64,000 nt of DNA from Candidatus Dormiibacterota bacterium (GCA_041691155.1 JBEPVD010000002.1:2109-66108); one strand, 5' to 3'; counted from the first letter of the stretch, positions 8,926-19,010 are shown. Numbers and translations are program-made. Notes: a model not told the origin generated them from the sequence alone.

Positions 8926-10737
8926 ATGGGTGGGCGCCGTGTATCGATCGTCGTTGCGTCGAGTTCCGCGCTGCTCGTGCTCGGCACTGGCGTGAGTACG
9001 TCCGCGCTGGGCGTCGCCGCCGCGGCCGCAACACAGGGGTGCGGCGCGGGCGCGCGCACGCTGTCCGCACCCGGAGCGCATCTGTACCCGGACACCGGAA
9101 ACGGTGGCTACACCAGCATCCACACCGATATCCATATGGTCTACGACGCGACCAGCAACCTGTTCCTGCGTGGCAACCACGTCGACTTGACGGACCGCAC
9201 GACGCAGTGCCTCAGCAATTTCAGCCTCGATTTCGAGCGCGCTTCCGTCAACACCACAGACGGTCCCGACATGTCGGTCAATGCCGTGACGGTCAACGGC
9301 CTGCCGGCAACGTTCCGCTTTGTGCAGCCGACCTATCCCGGCGACCCGCACGGTGTGAACGACCCCAATCCCGCGGCACATGAGGCGTCGCAACTCGATC
9401 CCGTCGGCGGCCCGTTGCACAACCTACTGCCACCCGCGTGCTCGCCGGAGCTGACGTCGACGAGTGCTGCGAAACAGAACTCGGCGAACGGCACGCAATG
9501 CCCTGCAAACAAGCTGGTGATCACGCCGTCGACGCCGATTCGTCAGGGCGCAACGTTCACAGTGGTCGTCAACTACACGGGGCGCCCTGGGGTCCACAAC
9601 GACGGCGACGGAACGACCGAAGGATGGTTCCGTTCGAGCGACGGTGGATTCGTCACCACCGAGCCGGTCGCGTCCGAGGACTGGATGCCGCTCAACGACT
9701 ACCCGACCGCCAAGCCCACCTACGACTTTTATGACACGGTCAACGCCGGGAAAAATGTGCTGTGCAACGGCGTCCTCGTCTCGTCGCGTGCCAACCCTCC
9801 TGACGCTGCGTTCCCGCAGGGTTCGACGACGTGGCATTGGCGCGAGACCTCGCCGGTGGCGAGCTACCTCGTGGAGAACAGCGTCGGCAGCTACACGGTG
9901 ACCGCTCGGGTCAGCGACGACGGCATCACCTACTACGAGGCGCAGGACAATTCCATCAGCAAGGCACAGCAGAAAACCAACCTCGCGATCATGCAGCAGC
10001 AGCAGAACATCACCGAGTTCGAGAGTCTTTTCAACGGGACCTACCCGTTCGTCTCCGACGGGGTCCTGATCGGCACGCCCAACGCCAGCTTCGACGAGGA
10101 GATGGAGACGATGATCGCCTTCTCAGGTGGCGCGATCGACCTCGGCACGCTCTATCACGAAAACATGCACCAGTGGTGGGGCGACAACGTCACCGAGGGC
10201 GGATACACCCTCACGTTCTTCAAGGAAGGGTTTGCCACACTCGGCGAGTACCTGTTGCATGCCCGCAACGCCGAAAAGGCGGCAGGAGGATCCGGGACCG
10301 TCGCAGGGGGGAAGGCGTTCGATCAGGTGCTGATAACGCTCTTCAACCAGACGTATGCGCGCGCCGGCACCTTCTGGGCCGTAGCGCCTTCGAATCCCAC
10401 GCCCTATGGGCTCTTTTCGGGCGCGTCTACCTACAGCCGGCCCGCGGCCGCCTATATTGCGCTGCGCCAGATTCTCGGCAAGACCGCCTTCACGCGGGCC
10501 ATGCAAGAGGTGCAGCAGCAGTACCGCGGCAGCAGCATCACTGAAGCGCAGCTCGAGCGTGCGTTCCATCAGTGGCTGCCGAATCAGAGCCATGCGTGCA
10601 GCGCGCGGCTCGACCAGTTCTTCAGTGAATGGTTCGACACGCCGTACGCGCCTGGTGGCGGCTCGAACCGGCCCGCGATCACCGGGCCCGGCCTGGCGGG
10701 ACCCTCTTTCTACAACGCCGGCGGCGGCTGCGCCTGA
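8926..10737 (+). CDS. secreted M1-family zinc metallopeptidase
   Basis: Signal-peptide-like N-terminus. HExxH-x18-E zinc site (YHENMHQWWGDNVTEGGYTLTFFKEGFATLGE). GAGGAG upstream of the ATG. Confidence 0.85.
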   Translation: MGGRRVSIVVASSSALLVLGTGVSTSALGVAAAAATQGCGAGARTLSAPGAHLYPDTGNGGYTSIHTDIHMVYDATSNLFLRGNHVDLTDRTTQCLSNFSLDFERASVNTTDGPDMSVNAVTVNGLPATFRFVQPTYPGDPHGVNDPNPAAHEASQLDPVGGPLHNLLPPACSPELTSTSAAKQNSANGTQCPANKLVITPSTPIRQGATFTVVVNYTGRPGVHNDGDGTTEGWFRSSDGGFVTTEPVASEDWMPLNDYPTAKPTYDFYDTVNAGKNVLCNGVLVSSRANPPDAAFPQGSTTWHWRETSPVASYLVENSVGSYTVTARVSDDGITYYEAQDNSISKAQQKTNLAIMQQQQNITEFESLFNGTYPFVSDGVLIGTPNASFDEEMETMIAFSGGAIDLGTLYHENMHQWWGDNVTEGGYTLTFFKEGFATLGEYLLHARNAEKAAGGSGTVAGGKAFDQVLITLFNQTYARAGTFWAVAPSNPTPYGLFSGASTYSRPAAAYIALRQILGKTAFTRAMQEVQQQYRGSSITEAQLERAFHQWLPNQSHACSARLDQFFSEWFDTPYAPGGGSNRPAITGPGLAGPSFYNAGGGCA

Positions 10738-10797
10738 CCACCGGTATCCGTACCCGGTCGCCGCGTCGTCTGCAGCGCCGGTTGGTAGGCTAAGACT

Positions 10798-11538
10798 GTG
10801 GTTTCCCAGCAATTCGATGCGCTCGCGATCGACGGGCTCATCAACCTGCGCGACCTCGGCGGTCTCCCGACTGCTTCCGGCGCGACGACGTTGCCCGGAC
10901 GACTGCTCCGCAGTGAGTCGCCGCATTCACTGAGCGATGCGGGTCTCCGCGCATTGCTCGACCTGGGCGTCGGGACCGTCGTGGACCTGCGCACCACCTC
11001 AGAGCGCGAACGGCGTCCCAACGAGCTGGCCGAAGCGGGTGTGACCGTCGTGCATGCGCCGATCTTCACAGACGACGAAGACTATCCCGACCACCTCGCC
11101 ACCGCGGCAGAGGTGTACTGCTGGTGGCTTCGCGAGCGTGGCGCGGGTGTCGCGGGGGCAATGCGCGCGATTGCCGATGCGACATCGGCGCCGATCCTGG
11201 TGCATTGCCACGCGGGTAAAGATCGCACCGGCGTCGTCGTCGCCCTGGTCCTCCAGCTCGCCGGGGTTGCCACCGACCTCATCGCCGACGACTACGCGAT
11301 CAGCGGGGTGCAACTCGCCGACATGCTCGCGCGCGACCGCGTGACGGCGATGGCGGGTGGGATGGACGAGGTCCGGGCGGAGCGCCTCTTCACGGTGCGA
11401 CACGAGGCGATGGTGGAGTTCGTCGCGTGCGTCGATGCCGAACACGGCGGTGCGACCGCGTTGATGCGTGAGCTCGGCCTCACCGAGTCGCGCATCGAAC
11501 GCCTCACGAATCTGCTGCTGACTCCGACCTGGCCCTGA
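10798..11538 (+). CDS. protein-tyrosine phosphatase family protein
   Basis: CX5R P-loop VHCHAGKDRTGVVVAL. GTG start. The 3' end overlaps the convergent 11504..12925 gene by 35 nt. Confidence 0.8.
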   Translation: MVSQQFDALAIDGLINLRDLGGLPTASGATTLPGRLLRSESPHSLSDAGLRALLDLGVGTVVDLRTTSERERRPNELAEAGVTVVHAPIFTDDEDYPDHLATAAEVYCWWLRERGAGVAGAMRAIADATSAPILVHCHAGKDRTGVVVALVLQLAGVATDLIADDYAISGVQLADMLARDRVTAMAGGMDEVRAERLFTVRHEAMVEFVACVDAEHGGATALMRELGLTESRIERLTNLLLTPTWP

Positions 11539-12925
11539 GCGTCACCTCGCTGCGTCCAATTCCATCGGCAGGTGCTGCCGCCCGACGCCGGCTCGCGCGG
11601 CCCGCTAGCGCCGCGAAAGTACGCGAGCCGGTGCGGTATCCAGAGAGCGACACCGCATCCGCGCTGCTGTGTCGCATCTCGAGCCACAACACCACAAACA
11701 GCGCTGCGATCGCGACCGCGGGTGCCGACACCAGTTGGATCGCAGGCCACCACAACCACGAGTGGCTGAGCGCGGTCAGGCTCGCCATCGACGTCGATGC
11801 GATGAAGATGGGGGCAATCACGCCCGTGGTCAAGACCACGGCACCGGCCGTGATGATGAGGCGGCGTGGCCGGCGCGCCCGGCCGGACGCGACCAACCCT
11901 GCAACGGCCGCCAGCACGATCAGGAGCGCGCTCAGGTGCCAGAACCAGGTCACGCTCCCGGCGATCAGCATCGCGAGCATTCCCATTGCAAATTGCGCGC
12001 CGCGCACCTCACGCGAACGTTCGGAGGGCCGAGCCAGCAGCGCGGCGATCGCGACGGCGCCGAGGGTGACCACGATGGTGAAGGCACTCACCACGACCGA
12101 TGACGGTCCGAAAGCGAGCACGGAATGCCCGAGCAGGCGGTTCACGGCCCCGGTTGCCGACTGGTTGTAGATCCAGCCGTTTTGCCAGGTGAGCACAGGT
12201 AGCACATGGGTCAGGTACTCGCGAGTGGCCTGGAAGCCGAGCGCGAGCACGCCGCCGACGACGCCGGCGGCCAGGGTGGCCGCGAGCGCAGCGCACGCTT
12301 TCCACATCCGTCGCCGGATGAGGAGCACGACCAGAATCACCGGCGCGACCTTGATGCAGGCCGCTATCGCGATGAACACCCCAAGCGACCACTGACGCTC
12401 ACGCATCCATGAGCGCAACGCGAGCGCCAGGAAGAGGAAGACGATCGCGCTCGCCTGTCCGTGCCAGAGGCTGTACGTCACCGGTGCATAGACGAACGCG
12501 GCGATGGCGGCGACCTCGAGGCGCGGCCATGACGCGGGGAGCAGCTCGAAGGCGATGATCGCGGTCCCCGCGAGCGTGCAGCCGACCAGCGTCAGCAGCC
12601 ACACGGCTGCGGCTGTCTGTCCCGGGAGCCATGTCAGTGGCTGCAGGGCCCAGGCGACGATCGGCGAGTAGTCGAACCCCTGCACCGGTATGGGTTGCAC
12701 GTGATTCACGAACGACGCGTAGACGTCGGTGTGCTGACCGACAGCCCGCGCGGCGGCAAGGTAGTCGCCGTAATCCTCGAACTGGCCGCTGAAATGACCC
12801 TGCAGGGGCGCGATAACGAAGTCGATAGCGCCGGCAATGGCGGCGGCGATCGCCGCGACGCGGAGCACGAGCAACCCGCGTGCGCGAGTTGTCCACGAAC
12901 GCCATCCGTCCCCCGGCGTGGTCAT
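11504..12925 (-). CDS. polytopic membrane glycosyltransferase, GT87/DUF2029-like
   Basis: Many predicted TM helices. The N-terminal loop motif QFEDYGDYLAAARAVGQHTDVYASF is typical of DUF2029 mannosyltransferase-like proteins. ATG 12925 preceded by GGAGG; ORF open to 12967. Confidence 0.7.
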   Translation of the reverse strand: MTTPGDGWRSWTTRARGLLVLRVAAIAAAIAGAIDFVIAPLQGHFSGQFEDYGDYLAAARAVGQHTDVYASFVNHVQPIPVQGFDYSPIVAWALQPLTWLPGQTAAAVWLLTLVGCTLAGTAIIAFELLPASWPRLEVAAIAAFVYAPVTYSLWHGQASAIVFLFLALALRSWMRERQWSLGVFIAIAACIKVAPVILVVLLIRRRMWKACAALAATLAAGVVGGVLALGFQATREYLTHVLPVLTWQNGWIYNQSATGAVNRLLGHSVLAFGPSSVVVSAFTIVVTLGAVAIAALLARPSERSREVRGAQFAMGMLAMLIAGSVTWFWHLSALLIVLAAVAGLVASGRARRPRRLIITAGAVVLTTGVIAPIFIASTSMASLTALSHSWLWWPAIQLVSAPAVAIAALFVVLWLEMRHSSADAVSLSGYRTGSRTFAALAGRASRRRAAAPADGIGRSEVTLRARSESAADS

Positions 12926-13130
12926 GACCTCCAAACCTGGAGTCCCGCCGACCGTTCCGAACCGCACCCGTCTCCCTTCTTTTCGTGAGCTGGCTTGTGG
13001 TGACCTGCCCCTCCGGCCGTGAGCTTCTCAGCTTTTGACGCGTTTGGCAAGTTCGGCCGCAAAGCCGGCGGCTGGAGCGGCCCGTACACTCGCGGTCGTG
13101 CAGCCACGATCCCCGGCAGCCGATCAGGCG

Positions 13131-14141
13131 ATGGAAGTCGTGACCTGCGTTGACTACCACACCGCGGGCGAGCCCTTTCGCATCGTCACCTCCCCGATTG
13201 GAGACCTCCGAGGGACGACCGTCGCCGAGCGCCGTGTGGACGCGCCCACTCGCGAGGAGGTTGATTCGATCCGCCGCCTCCTCTGCCACGAACCGCGGGG
13301 CCACGCCGACATGTACGGCTGCTTTCCGGTTCCGTCAGACGATGCCGGCGCGCATCTCGGCGTGCTCTTCTGGCACAAGGACGGCTACTCCACAGCCTGC
13401 GGCCACGGCACCATTGCGCTCGCCGTGTGGGCGGTGCACTCCGGCCGGATCGAGGCCGATCCCGAGGGGACGACTGAGATCCGCATTGATGTCCCCTCCG
13501 GACGCGTCACGGCGCTGGTGCGAAGCGTGGGGGGCGTCGTCCGGTCAGTCGCGTTCCGCAACGTGCCATCGTTTGTGCTTGCGACCGAGGTCCGGGTTGG
13601 TACGTCCCGAGGCGACGCGCACGTGACCCTCGCCTACGGTGGTGCGATCTACGCGACCGTGGCGGCGAGCGCATTCGGGCTCGCGGTGACCGGGGCCGAC
13701 CTGACCGATTTGATCCAAGTCGGTCGTGAAATCAAGGCACATGTCGACGCCGCCGGGCTGGCTGCACACCCTGACGACCCGCGGCTGTCAGGACTCTACG
13801 GGACAATCTTCTACGACGACTTGGGGAAGGCCAAAGGCGTGCTCCACCAACGCAATGTCACGGTCTTCGCCGATGGTGAGGTCGACCGTTCACCGTGTGG
13901 TTCGGGCACCGCCGCGCGAGTCGCGCAGTTGGTCGACGAGCGCGTCCTGGACATCGGCGACGAGTTGCGACACCGGTCGATCATCGGCACCACGTTTCGC
14001 GCTCGTGCCATCGACCGCACCGTCGTGCACGGACACCCGGCGGTCGTTCCCGAGGTCGAAGGCATGGCGTACCGAACCGGAGAGCATCGCTTCGTCCTCG
14101 ACCCCGATGATCCCCTGGGTACCGGATTCGTGTTGCGCTGA
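13131..14141 (+). CDS. proline racemase family enzyme (Cys/Cys type: proline racemase or 4-hydroxyproline 2-epimerase)
   Basis: VDYHTAGEPFRIV, with both catalytic Cys contexts present (YSTACGHGTIA and DRSPCGSGTAA). ATG 13131 chosen. Confidence 0.85.
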   Translation: MEVVTCVDYHTAGEPFRIVTSPIGDLRGTTVAERRVDAPTREEVDSIRRLLCHEPRGHADMYGCFPVPSDDAGAHLGVLFWHKDGYSTACGHGTIALAVWAVHSGRIEADPEGTTEIRIDVPSGRVTALVRSVGGVVRSVAFRNVPSFVLATEVRVGTSRGDAHVTLAYGGAIYATVAASAFGLAVTGADLTDLIQVGREIKAHVDAAGLAAHPDDPRLSGLYGTIFYDDLGKAKGVLHQRNVTVFADGEVDRSPCGSGTAARVAQLVDERVLDIGDELRHRSIIGTTFRARAIDRTVVHGHPAVVPEVEGMAYRTGEHRFVLDPDDPLGTGFVLR

Positions 14142-14508
14142 TTGGCTTCGGAAGGCCGAGGGGATTGCGAATCGCGCTGGTCTCCTGGAATTGAGGCGCA
14201 CGAGGATCACGCCACCCGCGACCGGTCACATTGAAGGGCTATCGGGATTGTTACCATGCGCCCCAAGGGGGTGCTTGTGGGGACAAATGCAATCGCGTCG
14301 GTTGATTGTGACGACGATCCCAGCGTGCTGCTGAGGGGTCGCGCGATCTTCCTCCCGAGGCTGAGCCCCAGCATGCGTGGGCTCTGGGAAGGCTCGGCCG
14401 AGCAACGTGCCGTTGTCGATGCCCCCAGTTGGACGGTGCCGCCGTTGTGGGAGCGGCCACGGACCCGGTTGCCGGAGTCCTGGGCGGCGCCGCGCGCGCT
14501 CCCGGCTT

Positions 14509-15462
14509 TCAAGCGAACCTGGCGGCAGATCGCCCTGTTCTGAGTCGGGTCAGCGCCGGGTCTTCAGTCCCTGCGCGCTCGCGCCTGCATGACGGCCGCG
14601 GCGATTCCCGGAACGCGTTCCGGATCGGCGATCGCATTGATCTCCACGATCCGGACTCCCGCGACGATGAAGCCATCACCGCAAACGCCCGCCCGTTGAT
14701 TTCAACCACGACACTGGCTGCGCCGTTCACCAGGACCGCGTGCAACACGGCGAACGGGTTCCTGAAGAGCAGCGCCTGCCCTGCTACCGCGGCCGCGCCG
14801 CGGGTGACAGTCGATGCCTCCGGGTGCTTCGTACCGAGGTCGGACCGCAGTATCACGTCGGGCGCGAGCACTGCGAGCAACCCTTCGAAGTCTCGCAAGC
14901 GGGCCGCCTTGAAGAACGAGTCCACCACTGCGCGTTGCCGCGACAGGTTGACGTCCGGAGCCGGCACATCAGCGCCCTTGACGCGACGCCGTGCCCTGCT
15001 GGCGAGTTGCCTCGCAGCGGTCGGCGTTCGGCCGACTACGGGGGCGATCTCATCGAACGGCAACTCGAAGACGTCGTGGAGCACGAACGCCAACCGCTCG
15101 GCTGGGGTGAGTGTGTCGAGCACCACCATCAGCGCGAGGCCGACCGAATCGGCCAGGAGCGCCTCCTCCTCGGGTTGCAGTGTCCCGTCGCTGACGATCG
15201 GGTCCGGAAGGTGGAGGCCGAAGGCATCCTCCCGACGCACGCTGCGCGAACGGAGGATGTTCAGGCAGATGCGGGCCGTGATCGTGGTCATCCATCCGCC
15301 GAGGTTGTCGATCACGCGTGCGTCCGCGCCGCTGACGCGAAGCCATGTGTCCTGCACGGCGTCGTCAGCCTCGGAGAGCGAGCCAAGCATGCGGTACGCC
15401 ACTGCGCGCAGACGTGTGCGCTGCTCCTCGAAACGATCGACGAGCCAGGTGTTTTCGTCCAT
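14509..15462 (-). CDS. SigJ-type ECF sigma factor with SnoaL-like C-terminal domain; apparent 1-nt deletion near 14672
   Basis: Region 2 (DAVQDTWLRV) and region 4 (LTPAERLAFVLHDVFELPFDEIAPVVGRTPTAARQLASRARRRV). After ...GRAFAVM the current frame reads SSSRESGSW.... The shifted frame reads FIVAGVRIVEINAIADPERVPGIAAAVMQARARRD-stop (14564..14566), the expected family ending. Confidence 0.8.
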   Translation of the reverse strand: MDENTWLVDRFEEQRTRLRAVAYRMLGSLSEADDAVQDTWLRVSGADARVIDNLGGWMTTITARICLNILRSRSVRREDAFGLHLPDPIVSDGTLQPEEEALLADSVGLALMVVLDTLTPAERLAFVLHDVFELPFDEIAPVVGRTPTAARQLASRARRRVKGADVPAPDVNLSRQRAVVDSFFKAARLRDFEGLLAVLAPDVILRSDLGTKHPEASTVTRGAAAVAGQALLFRNPFAVLHAVLVNGAASVVVEINGRAFAVMASSSRESGSWRSMRSPIRNAFRESPRPSCRRERAGTEDPALTRLRTGRSAARFA

Positions 15463-15524
15463 TGGTCACATCCGTTGCGTGGTGGGTGTCATCCCTAGTG
15501 ACACGCAAACCATGCCCGATTCGG

Positions 15525-16321
15525 ATGGACAATTCACGCAAGCCCTTGGTGCTGGTCACCGGCGGGACGGGCACGCTCGGGCGCTTGGTCGTCCCGCGAT
15601 TGCAGGCGGCGGGGCACCCGGTCCGGGTCCTGAGCCGCACGGCGCTCGCCGGCGACGACGGGGTCGAGTACGCAACCGGTGACCTCTCGACCGGCGAGGG
15701 GGTCGAAGCCGCGGTCGTCGGTGCCGGCATCGTCGTCCACTGCGCCGGGACCCGCAAAGGAGACGGCGACAAAGCACGGCACCTGGTTCGCGCCGCCTCG
15801 AAGGCCGAAGCCCGCCACCTGGTCTACATCTCGGTGGTGGGCGCGGACATCATATCGGTCGCCAGCGCCCTCGACCGCGCGATGTTCGGATACTTCGCGT
15901 GCAAGCTCGACGCCGAGCGGGTCAGGGCGAGTCCGGGATCCCGTGGACGACGCTCCGCGCGACGCAGTTCTACGACACCTTCCTGCTGGTGGTGCGATCG
16001 ATGGCAAAGCTCCCCGTGATCCCGATCCCTACCCGCGCACGCTTCCAGCCCGTGGACACCGGCGAAGTCGCCAAGCGTCTCGTGGAGCTCGCGCTGGCCG
16101 CGCCCGCCGGGTTGGTGGATGACATCGGCGGCCCGCGCGCCTATCCGATGGGTGATCTGCTGAAGGCGTATCTACGGGCCAGTCACAAGCACCGGGCGCT
16201 TGTGCCCATGCCCCTCCCCGGCAAAGCCGCCCGCGCGGTGCGCGCGGGTTCGAATCTGACACCTGAGCACGCCGTCGGGAAGAGGACCTGGGAGGAGTTC
16301 CTGGTCGAGCGCGTCGGGTAG
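15525..16321 (+). pseudogene. NmrA-like / atypical SDR NAD(P)H-binding protein, split by an apparent 1-nt deletion at about 15927
   Basis: Rossmann motif LVTGGTGTLGR. The first frame runs to ...FACKLDAERVR. Only GC (15927..15928) separates it from the second frame, ESGIPWTTLRATQFYDTF... to stop 16321. The two ORFs (15345..16019 and 15899..16321) are clearly one gene. Confidence 0.8.
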
Positions 16322-16423
16322 CGACTCCGGCGGGAGGTTCGGATTTCCCGGCTCCGGGGTACATGAACTCCGTGACCAACAAGCCGATCGCCCCTCTTCG
16401 GCGGCCGGCGTACTGAGACGAAC

Positions 16424-18754
16424 ATGGCTGAACTGACCTCTGAACTCCTCCCGATCCTCCAGCTCGACGACGTGGTCGTCCTCCCCGGCATGACCGCGAC
16501 GCTTGCCATCGAGGGGGACGCGCAGCGCGCCGCCGTGACTGCCGCGCAGAACGGCAACCACATGATCCTGCTCGTGCCCCACGTGGGCGGCAAGTTCTCG
16601 ACGATCGGCACGGTTGCCCAGGTTGTCGAGACCGGCCAGTTGCCCAACGGGGCCGACGTGTCGATCCTCAAGGGCCTTCACCGTGCGCGCCTCGGCGGCG
16701 GCCAGTCCGACATCGGCGGCGCCCTCTGGGTGCAGGTCGAGCCCCTTCCCGACGGCGAACCGACCGACGCCGCACGCGAACTCGCCCGCGAGTACCGCGC
16801 ACTCATCGAGAACCTCCTGGAGCTGCGTGGCGCCGCACGGATCATCGAGGCCGTGCGCTCGGTGCGGCATCCCGGCCATCTCGCCGACCTCGCAGGCTAC
16901 TCGCCGGACCTCAGCATCGACCAGAAGCTGGAAGTGCTGGAGACGCTCGACGTCGAGCAGCGCCTGACCCGGCTCATCGCCTGGACGAAGGACGTCCTCG
17001 CTGACGCATCGGTGCGCGAGAAGGTGCGGACCGAAGTCAACGAGGGCATGGAGAAGACCCAGCGGGACTTCCTGCTTCGCCAGCAACTCGAGGCGATCAA
17101 GAAGCAACTCGGCGAGGGTGGCGACAACGTCGCCGCCGATTACCGTTCGCGCCTCGAAAGCGCCGGCATGCCCGAAAAGGTGCGCGCCGAGGTGGAGCGC
17201 GAGGTTGACCGGTTTGAGCGCACCAGCGAGCAGAGCCCTGAGCACGGGTGGATTCGCACCTACCTCGACTGGATGTTCGAGATCCCGTGGAACGTGCGGT
17301 CCGAGGACAACCTCGATCTCGCCGAAGCCCGCCGGATTCTCGACGAGGACCACACCGGCCTCGAGGATGTGAAGCAGCGAATCATCGAATTCCTTGCGGT
17401 TCGCAAGCTGCGCAGCGAGCGCGGGATCACCGTCCTCGGCGGCGGATCGGGCGCGATCGTCACGCTGGTCGGCCCGCCTGGTGTGGGCAAGACCTCGCTC
17501 GGGGAGTCCGTCGCCCGCGCGCTCGGTCGGAAGTTCGCGCGCATCTCCCTCGGCGGCATTCACGATGAGGCTGATATCCGTGGCCACCGGCGCACCTACG
17601 TCGGCGCGCTTCCCGGCCGGATCGTTCGCGCGCTCAAGGAAGCCGGGACCAAGAACCCGGTGATCATGCTGGACGAGATCGACAAGGTCGGTAGCGACTG
17701 GCGCGGCGACCCGTCCTCAGCGCTGCTCGAGGTCCTCGACCCGGCGCAGAACAACACGTTCCGCGACCACTACCTCGAGGTTGATCTCGACCTCTCCGAA
17801 GTGCTGTTCATCCCGACTGCCAACGTGTGGGAAACCATCCCCGCTCCCCTGCTCGACCGCATGGAGCTCATCCGCCTCGATGGCTACACCGAGAACGAGA
17901 AGGTGGCGATCGCGCGCGACCATCTGGTCCGGCGTCAGATCGAACAGTCGGGGTTAAAGGCCGACGAGGTCACGATCACCGACGAGGCGATCCTCGCCGT
18001 CGTGACCGATCACACGCGGGAGGCCGGCGTGCGAAACCTGGAGCGCGAGATCGGGAAGATCACGCGAAAGGTGGCGACGCGCGTCGCCGGCGGTGACCTC
18101 GTGCCGCCGCTAGAAATCACACCGGTGCAAGTGCGTGAATTCCTTGGCAAGCCCAAGTTCGACAACGAGGTCGCTGAGCGCACCGCGGTTGCGGGCGTGG
18201 CGACCGGCCTTGCCGTCACCGGCACTGGCGGGGATGTGCTCTTCATCGAAGCGGCCAACAGCGAGGGCGACGGCAAGCTGACGCTCACCGGCCAGTTGGG
18301 TGACGTGATGAAGGAATCAGCCCAGATCGCGCTGTCCTATGTGCGAGCGCATGCGGTCGCTCTGGGGATCGATCCCGAGGCTGCGCGGCAGAGCTTCCAC
18401 ATCCATGTGCCGGCCGGTGCCGTGCCCAAGGACGGGCCTTCCGCCGGTGTTGCGATGACCACGGCGATCGTGAGCCTGCTCACGGGACGGCCGATGCGGA
18501 GCAGCGTCGCGATGACCGGCGAAGTGACCCTGCAGGGCTTGGTGCTGCCAATCGGTGGCGTCAAGCAGAAGGTCCTTGCGGCGCACCGTATGGGACTGAC
18601 CGAGGTGATCCTCCCGAAGCGCAATGAAAAGGACGTCGAGGACGTGCCGGAAAGCGTTCGCGACAAGGTGACGTTCCACTTTGCGAGCCGGATCGAAGAC
18701 GCACTCGAGGTGGCGCTCGAGCCGGTCGCAGTCGCGGTGTCGAGCGCGGCGTAG
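16424..18754 (+). CDS. lon: ATP-dependent Lon protease (endopeptidase La)
   Basis: Lon N-domain, AAA+ Walker A GPPGVGKTS, and S16 protease motif PKDGPSAGVAMTTA. 776 aa. Confidence 0.95.
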   Translation: MAELTSELLPILQLDDVVVLPGMTATLAIEGDAQRAAVTAAQNGNHMILLVPHVGGKFSTIGTVAQVVETGQLPNGADVSILKGLHRARLGGGQSDIGGALWVQVEPLPDGEPTDAARELAREYRALIENLLELRGAARIIEAVRSVRHPGHLADLAGYSPDLSIDQKLEVLETLDVEQRLTRLIAWTKDVLADASVREKVRTEVNEGMEKTQRDFLLRQQLEAIKKQLGEGGDNVAADYRSRLESAGMPEKVRAEVEREVDRFERTSEQSPEHGWIRTYLDWMFEIPWNVRSEDNLDLAEARRILDEDHTGLEDVKQRIIEFLAVRKLRSERGITVLGGGSGAIVTLVGPPGVGKTSLGESVARALGRKFARISLGGIHDEADIRGHRRTYVGALPGRIVRALKEAGTKNPVIMLDEIDKVGSDWRGDPSSALLEVLDPAQNNTFRDHYLEVDLDLSEVLFIPTANVWETIPAPLLDRMELIRLDGYTENEKVAIARDHLVRRQIEQSGLKADEVTITDEAILAVVTDHTREAGVRNLEREIGKITRKVATRVAGGDLVPPLEITPVQVREFLGKPKFDNEVAERTAVAGVATGLAVTGTGGDVLFIEAANSEGDGKLTLTGQLGDVMKESAQIALSYVRAHAVALGIDPEAARQSFHIHVPAGAVPKDGPSAGVAMTTAIVSLLTGRPMRSSVAMTGEVTLQGLVLPIGGVKQKVLAAHRMGLTEVILPKRNEKDVEDVPESVRDKVTFHFASRIEDALEVALEPVAVAVSSAA

Positions 18755-18764
18755 CCGCGAGGTT

Positions 18765-18926
18765 CTAGCCGAGGCCGCCGTTGATGTGCGAAAGCATGTC
18801 TCGGACACCAGGCCCGACCAGTCCCAGCACCATGATCACGGCGAGTGCGGTCATGACGATTGCCACGCCGTAAGCGGCCGCGTCGCGCACTCGTTCGCGG
18901 TCAAGGCGATTGACCAATACCAACAT
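18765..18926 (-). CDS. Flp/Fap-pilin-like small hydrophobic protein (53 aa)
   Basis: MLVLVNRLDRERVRDAAAYGVAIVMTALAVIMVLGLVG...: short charged leader, then A-A-Y-G and a hydrophobic helix. This loosely resembles the Flp G/ATAIEYG motif. G-rich RBS upstream. No tad genes in the window. Confidence 0.4.
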   Translation of the reverse strand: MLVLVNRLDRERVRDAAAYGVAIVMTALAVIMVLGLVGPGVRDMLSHINGGLG

Positions 18927-18940
18927 CTGCCATTCCCCCC

Positions 18941-19010
18941 GTTCCCTATCCCTTCCGGACGCCGAACGCCCCAGTCGCACCAGTATTGTCGATTGCGGCT
19001 CGATGTGCAA
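18941..19010. repeat. copy A of a ~70-nt direct repeat (partner 20251..20320)
   Basis: Aligned by eye: 3 substitutions and two 1-nt indels over 70 nt. On the minus strand it reads TTGCAC-17nt-AATACT, a plausible sigma-A-type promoter facing the Flp-like gene. Confidence 0.8.

Noticed and set aside
11504-11538. 35-nt convergent overlap between the tyrosine phosphatase and GT87 genes
   Set aside because: It is probably just late stop codons in high-GC sequence. Both C-termini there are outside conserved domains, and no repeat or structure is present.
14256-14543. 95-aa plus-strand ORF (MRPKGVLVGTNAIASVDCDDD...)
   Set aside because: It has no RBS and no family resemblance, it is Trp/Arg-rich, and it overlaps the 3' end of the sigma ORF. 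It is kept only as part of the 'unassigned region' finding.
14660-14685. Possibility that the sigma-gene frameshift is programmed recoding
   Set aside because: There is no slippery heptamer or downstream structure. A matching G-run contraction occurs in the neighbouring gene. A sequencing error or a simple mutation is more parsimonious.
16322-16423. Heat-shock operator (HAIR/CIRCE) or ClgR box upstream of lon
   Set aside because: I could not find CTTGAGT-N7-ACTCAAG, the CIRCE inverted repeat, or a ClgR-like palindrome in the 100-nt leader.
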